From Bacillota bacterium (GTDB lineage Bacteria; Bacillota_I; Bacilli_A; ML615J-28; CAG-313): a stretch of 61,260 bases of DNA. The notes under the pieces are model-generated. The model did no database searches. It had not been told where the DNA came from and worked only from the letters and a program-made list of their open reading frames with translations. Each line of letters starts with the position of its first letter. Positions within the stretch are counted from its first letter, which is position 1. Both the position numbers and the translations under genes were made by a program. Location: the NCBI GenBank assembly GCA_963648435.1, contig CAVJDT010000004.1:1-61260 (forward strand), read 5' to 3'. Positions 58,291-61,260 of this stretch are shown here, piece by piece.

Positions 58291-59166
58291 TTATTCGGTT
58301 TTTTCCCCAATAAATGATTCTTTAAGCATCACCGCGTCACTTCCATTTATTAAAAGTCCACTAAGTTTAAAGTTTAATTTAATGGTTTCAAGAATTGTTT
58401 GTTTAATTTCATCATTAAAACTTCCTCCATAACTTAAATTAATGACAAGTTCAGTATCCTTAACTTCATAAGTATAACCTTTGGCATTAACAAGTTCTGA
58501 AAGTTCTAAATCATTTTTAAGCATTTTCGCAATAACATAATCATAAAGATTTTTAGTATCATCAAAAAAGTAAGTAACAGGCTTAATCGTATCATTTTCA
58601 TAATATACTACCGTTAAATAACTAGACTCAAATAAATCTTTAGCCTCATATGTAAAGTTAGTTCCCATTTCTTTAGCAATTTTCCTAAAATAAAAATCAC
58701 CAACTTCATCAATTTTTTTATCATCAATTTTTACCACAACTTCTTTAATTTCACCGTTACAGTAATTCCAAGCAAGACATTCAACGGCACTTCTGCCATC
58801 AGATTTTATAAAGTCTTCACTAACGTTTAAGACTAAACTATTGTTTTCGACCACATGACTATATAGTACTGCACTTACATTAATAGGTGAAGTATACCCA
58901 CTAGGTAAGCTTGAAACATTTTTAGTTAGTAAATCCCATTTTTGAGCAATTTCATCTTCTTCTAGTTTTTTAACACCAACTTTAATACCAACTAAACAGT
59001 TTTTATCATTTTTAACAAATAAAGTTTCATACACTAATTCTTCTGTAACACTATTTTCTATTTGTTGATCTTTTTTAAAGATTTTTTTATAAACATCCTT
59101 AGGAATTAATAATAAAACCACCACAACAATAATCAAAATACTAATAATAATAATTTTTTTCTTCAT
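58291..59166 (-). CDS. Membrane-anchored GerM-like protein (tentative)
   Basis: N-terminal TM plus a roughly 260-aa beta-rich ectodomain. Lies upstream of rdgB, as gerM is near rdgB in B. subtilis. ATG 59166 behind GAGGAGA. Confidence 0.4.
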   Translation of the reverse strand: MKKKIIIISILIIVVVVLLLIPKDVYKKIFKKDQQIENSVTEELVYETLFVKNDKNCLVGIKVGVKKLEEDEIAQKWDLLTKNVSSLPSGYTSPINVSAVLYSHVVENNSLVLNVSEDFIKSDGRSAVECLAWNYCNGEIKEVVVKIDDKKIDEVGDFYFRKIAKEMGTNFTYEAKDLFESSYLTVVYYENDTIKPVTYFFDDTKNLYDYVIAKMLKNDLELSELVNAKGYTYEVKDTELVINLSYGGSFNDEIKQTILETIKLNFKLSGLLINGSDAVMLKESFIGEKTE

Positions 59167-59450
59167 ATAATCTTCTCCTCGCATAATTTTATGTGAAAAT
59201 ATAAAAAAATATTACACTTTAGAATATTTTAATGGTATTTCTTATTTAATTATGATATAATTAAACAAGAAGTATTATTACTATACTAGGTTTAAATTTA
59301 CAAAAAAACTTTAGGACTACTTAAAGTGTATAAAAAATCAAACAATTTATAATCTATTAGCTAAAATAAAACTAGATCTAAAACCTAAAATTATTAATGA
59401 ATCAAATATGAAATATTTATTTAAACTATATTTTACAAGGAGGCTTACAT

Positions 59451-60443
59451 ATGCAATGTAAATACTGCGGTCATCTTAATGATGACAATAACAAATTTTG
59501 TAGTTTTTGTGGAGAACCATTAAAACTTGAAGAGCAAACAATAATAAGTGAAGTAATAGATGAACCTAGGACATTCTCTGAGGCTGAATTTATTCATACC
59601 CGTAAACTAAGTATCATTTCCATTATTATTTATTTTGTGGTATTTTACGTCCTAACATCTGTTATTTCAAGTGCAGTAGTTAGTATATTTTGTGCTATCC
59701 GTGGCATTGACACAAGTAAAATAAATGATTTAAACACTTACTTACAACAATATTATCCAGGATTTTATTACAATTTCCTTGCGGGGATGAATCTATTTAC
59801 TTATTTAGCTTTACTTGCGGTGGTAGTACCACTTCTTAAAAATTGTTTAAAAACCGATTTTAAAACCGCCCTTTCTAAAAAAGGCAAATTCTGGAAATCA
59901 TTTGGAATTGGACTTGCGATATTATATGGGGTAAGTGTTGCTTCAAGTACGTTTATAAACATTACTTTAATGCTACTTAGATTAGTATTTCCTGTCTTTG
60001 GCGAAATTAATTCAACTTCAGGAAATCAATCATCAATCAATGAACTACTTTTTAGTGGTCCATTCCCACTAGTTGTTATACTACTTATGACAATAGTTTG
60101 TGCTCCAATTTTAGAAGAATTAATTTTTAGAAAATCATTCTTTAATTTAGCTAGAAGAAAAACCAAAAAAATGATTATAATTTCTGGAGCAGTCTTTGGT
60201 TCTATTCATACAGTTTCATCTCTAATCTCAATTCTTGCCTCATTTGGTGAAATCGGCCTAGAAGTAGGAATTGCAAGCATTGTGGTTGAACTTTTGAATT
60301 TCATCTCTTATTTTGCCTCAGGCATTGCTCTAGGAGCAATCTACCATAAATCAAAGCACAATGTTTGGGTAACAATTTTAGTTCATTCCGTGTATAATGC
60401 CATTGGTATTATTGGAACGCTTCTATTACAATTTATTATGTAG
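59451..60443 (+). CDS. CPBP-family intramembrane glutamic endopeptidase with N-terminal zinc ribbon
   Basis: CKYCGH...CSFCGEP ribbon. CPBP motifs EELIFR, FGSIH and HSVYN. Multiple TM segments. Confidence 0.8.
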   Translation: MQCKYCGHLNDDNNKFCSFCGEPLKLEEQTIISEVIDEPRTFSEAEFIHTRKLSIISIIIYFVVFYVLTSVISSAVVSIFCAIRGIDTSKINDLNTYLQQYYPGFYYNFLAGMNLFTYLALLAVVVPLLKNCLKTDFKTALSKKGKFWKSFGIGLAILYGVSVASSTFINITLMLLRLVFPVFGEINSTSGNQSSINELLFSGPFPLVVILLMTIVCAPILEELIFRKSFFNLARRKTKKMIIISGAVFGSIHTVSSLISILASFGEIGLEVGIASIVVELLNFISYFASGIALGAIYHKSKHNVWVTILVHSVYNAIGIIGTLLLQFIM

Positions 60444-60444
60444 G

Positions 60445-60477
60445 AAAAAAGAGAATAGGTATAGCCTATTCTTTTTT
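60445..60477. terminator. Bidirectional terminator between CPBP gene and the pseudogene
   Basis: AGAATAGG-tatag-CCTATTCT flanked by A6 and T6. Confidence 0.75.
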
Positions 60478-61012
60478 CACATAACTAATATTTTCTTTAA
60501 TCAGTTCTTCTAATAATCTTTCATCTTTTTTATGTGTTCCTTTTCTTTTAGCTGAGTAAATTTTAATGACATTTATTATTTTCTCATTAATAAGAGCATC
60601 AAAAAATTCATAATTATAATCATAGGCTTTCTTATATTCTTTATCAATTTGTAATAAATACTCAGAAGGTCACACTGAACTCTTATGTTTTTTTATGTAT
60701 TCATCTACCTTTATAAATTAGATGTAAAACTTCAAATTCTGGTTTAATACAAATTTTGTATTTTCTTTAACTCTTTCTTCAATATCTTCTGGTATATCAA
60801 ATTTATCGGTCAATGCATCACCTATTCTAATAATAAAGATTTTTTTTGATATGGTAGTTGTTTAATTTTTTCTAGTAATTTGCCTTTTATCTATCTTGCA
60901 TGAAAAACTTCTTCATATAATAGTGATTCAATGGGAATATTAAAAATTCCCTTTTTTATCAAAATATCAATTAAAGCTTTTCACAAATTCCTTCAGTCAT
61001 TACATATTTCAT
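60466..61012 (-). pseudogene. Decayed small partner gene of an ATPase module (at least 3 frameshifts, in-frame TAG and TGA)
   Basis: Hand translation of the - strand gives MKYVMTEGICEK / ALIDILIKKGIFNIPIESLLYEEVFHAR*IKGKLLEKIKQLPYQKKIFIIRIGDALTDKFDIPEDIEERVKENTKF / KPEFEVLHLIYKG / VDEYIKKHKSSV*PSEYLLQIDKEYKKAYDYNYEFFDALINEKIINVIKIYSAKRKGTHKKDERLLEELIKENISYVKKE in shifting frames. The ORF track has no ORF of 60 aa or more here. Confidence 0.55.
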
Positions 61013-61260
61013 TTTTTAATAACCTCTTAACTTTCATTAATTGATCATAGTTTAATAATGTACTAAATGTGTTGTTATTAAATTTTTTACTTTTTAAAAT
61101 TTCTGTTCTAAAATCATAATTATCATATAATTTTTTTTATTGTAACTTCATTATTAACCTTATTTAAAAAAAAATATTATCTCTTAAATCAAAAATATCT
61201 AAAATTTCAACATAGTGAGTACTAAACGTAATTTGAGCATTTTTTGTTTAGAGATTTATC
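60993..61260 (-). pseudogene. C-terminal remnant of an AAA_21/ABC-like ATPase; 5' part beyond window
   Basis: - strand reads ...QITFSTHYVEILDIFDLRDNIFF (frameshift in a T9 run) NKVNNEVTIKKII* then YDNYDFRTEILKSKKFNNNTFSTLLNYDQLMKVKRLLKNE. The STH...L..LRxD pattern is typical of the C-terminus of AAA_21 ATPases. An in-frame TAA lies upstream. Confidence 0.45.

Noticed and set aside
60466-61260. In-frame TGA in the terminal region (GTG TGA CCT) considered as evidence of TGA=Trp recoding (genetic code 4).
   Set aside because: TGA clearly terminates intact genes in the window, for example mutL at 12186-12188. The region also has a TAG, a TAA and several frameshifts, so pseudogenisation explains it better.

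Overview
About 61 kb of a low-GC Bacillota (Firmicutes) chromosome using the standard genetic code (TGA is a stop, e.g. at the end of mutL). Gene content and local order resemble Bacillus or Erysipelotrichia-type spore formers: rplU-prp-rpmA-obg, mutSL-miaA, dacB-spmAB, xerD-deoB, lepA-hemW, cmk/rpsA-der-gpsA, parEC-plsY-yneF, glyQS-dnaG-sigA-trmK-nif3, rpsU, yqfCD, rdgB.

I call 54 intact CDS, 2 decayed pseudogenes at the right edge, and no rRNA, tRNA or CRISPR. I also call 15 near-consensus sigma-A promoters, all with 17-nt spacers, and a set of hairpin terminators.

I found no obviously novel protein-encoded system such as a defence island, prophage or biosynthetic cluster. The most unusual region is non-coding. 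All 18 genes left of about 19 kb are on the + strand, and 31 of 36 to the right are on the - strand. The switch falls in a 1.36-kb ORF-free, very AT-rich gap (18971-20327). That gap holds a near-canonical 28-bp dif/Xer site (19502-19529), so the window appears to span the replication terminus.

The dif site is bracketed by 22-nt inverted repeats. These belong to a dispersed hairpin-forming repeat family (core GAGCGTTTGA) that also occurs at 3' gene ends elsewhere in the window, once inside the 3' end of dacB.

Other notable items are a cmk-rpsA gene fusion, a catalytically degenerate Fic-fold protein, glyQS and proS with leaders too short for T-boxes, and a frameshifted ATPase-plus-partner module at 60.5-61.3 kb.

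Everything here comes from reading the sequence and ORF track by eye. No skew calculation or database search was possible.
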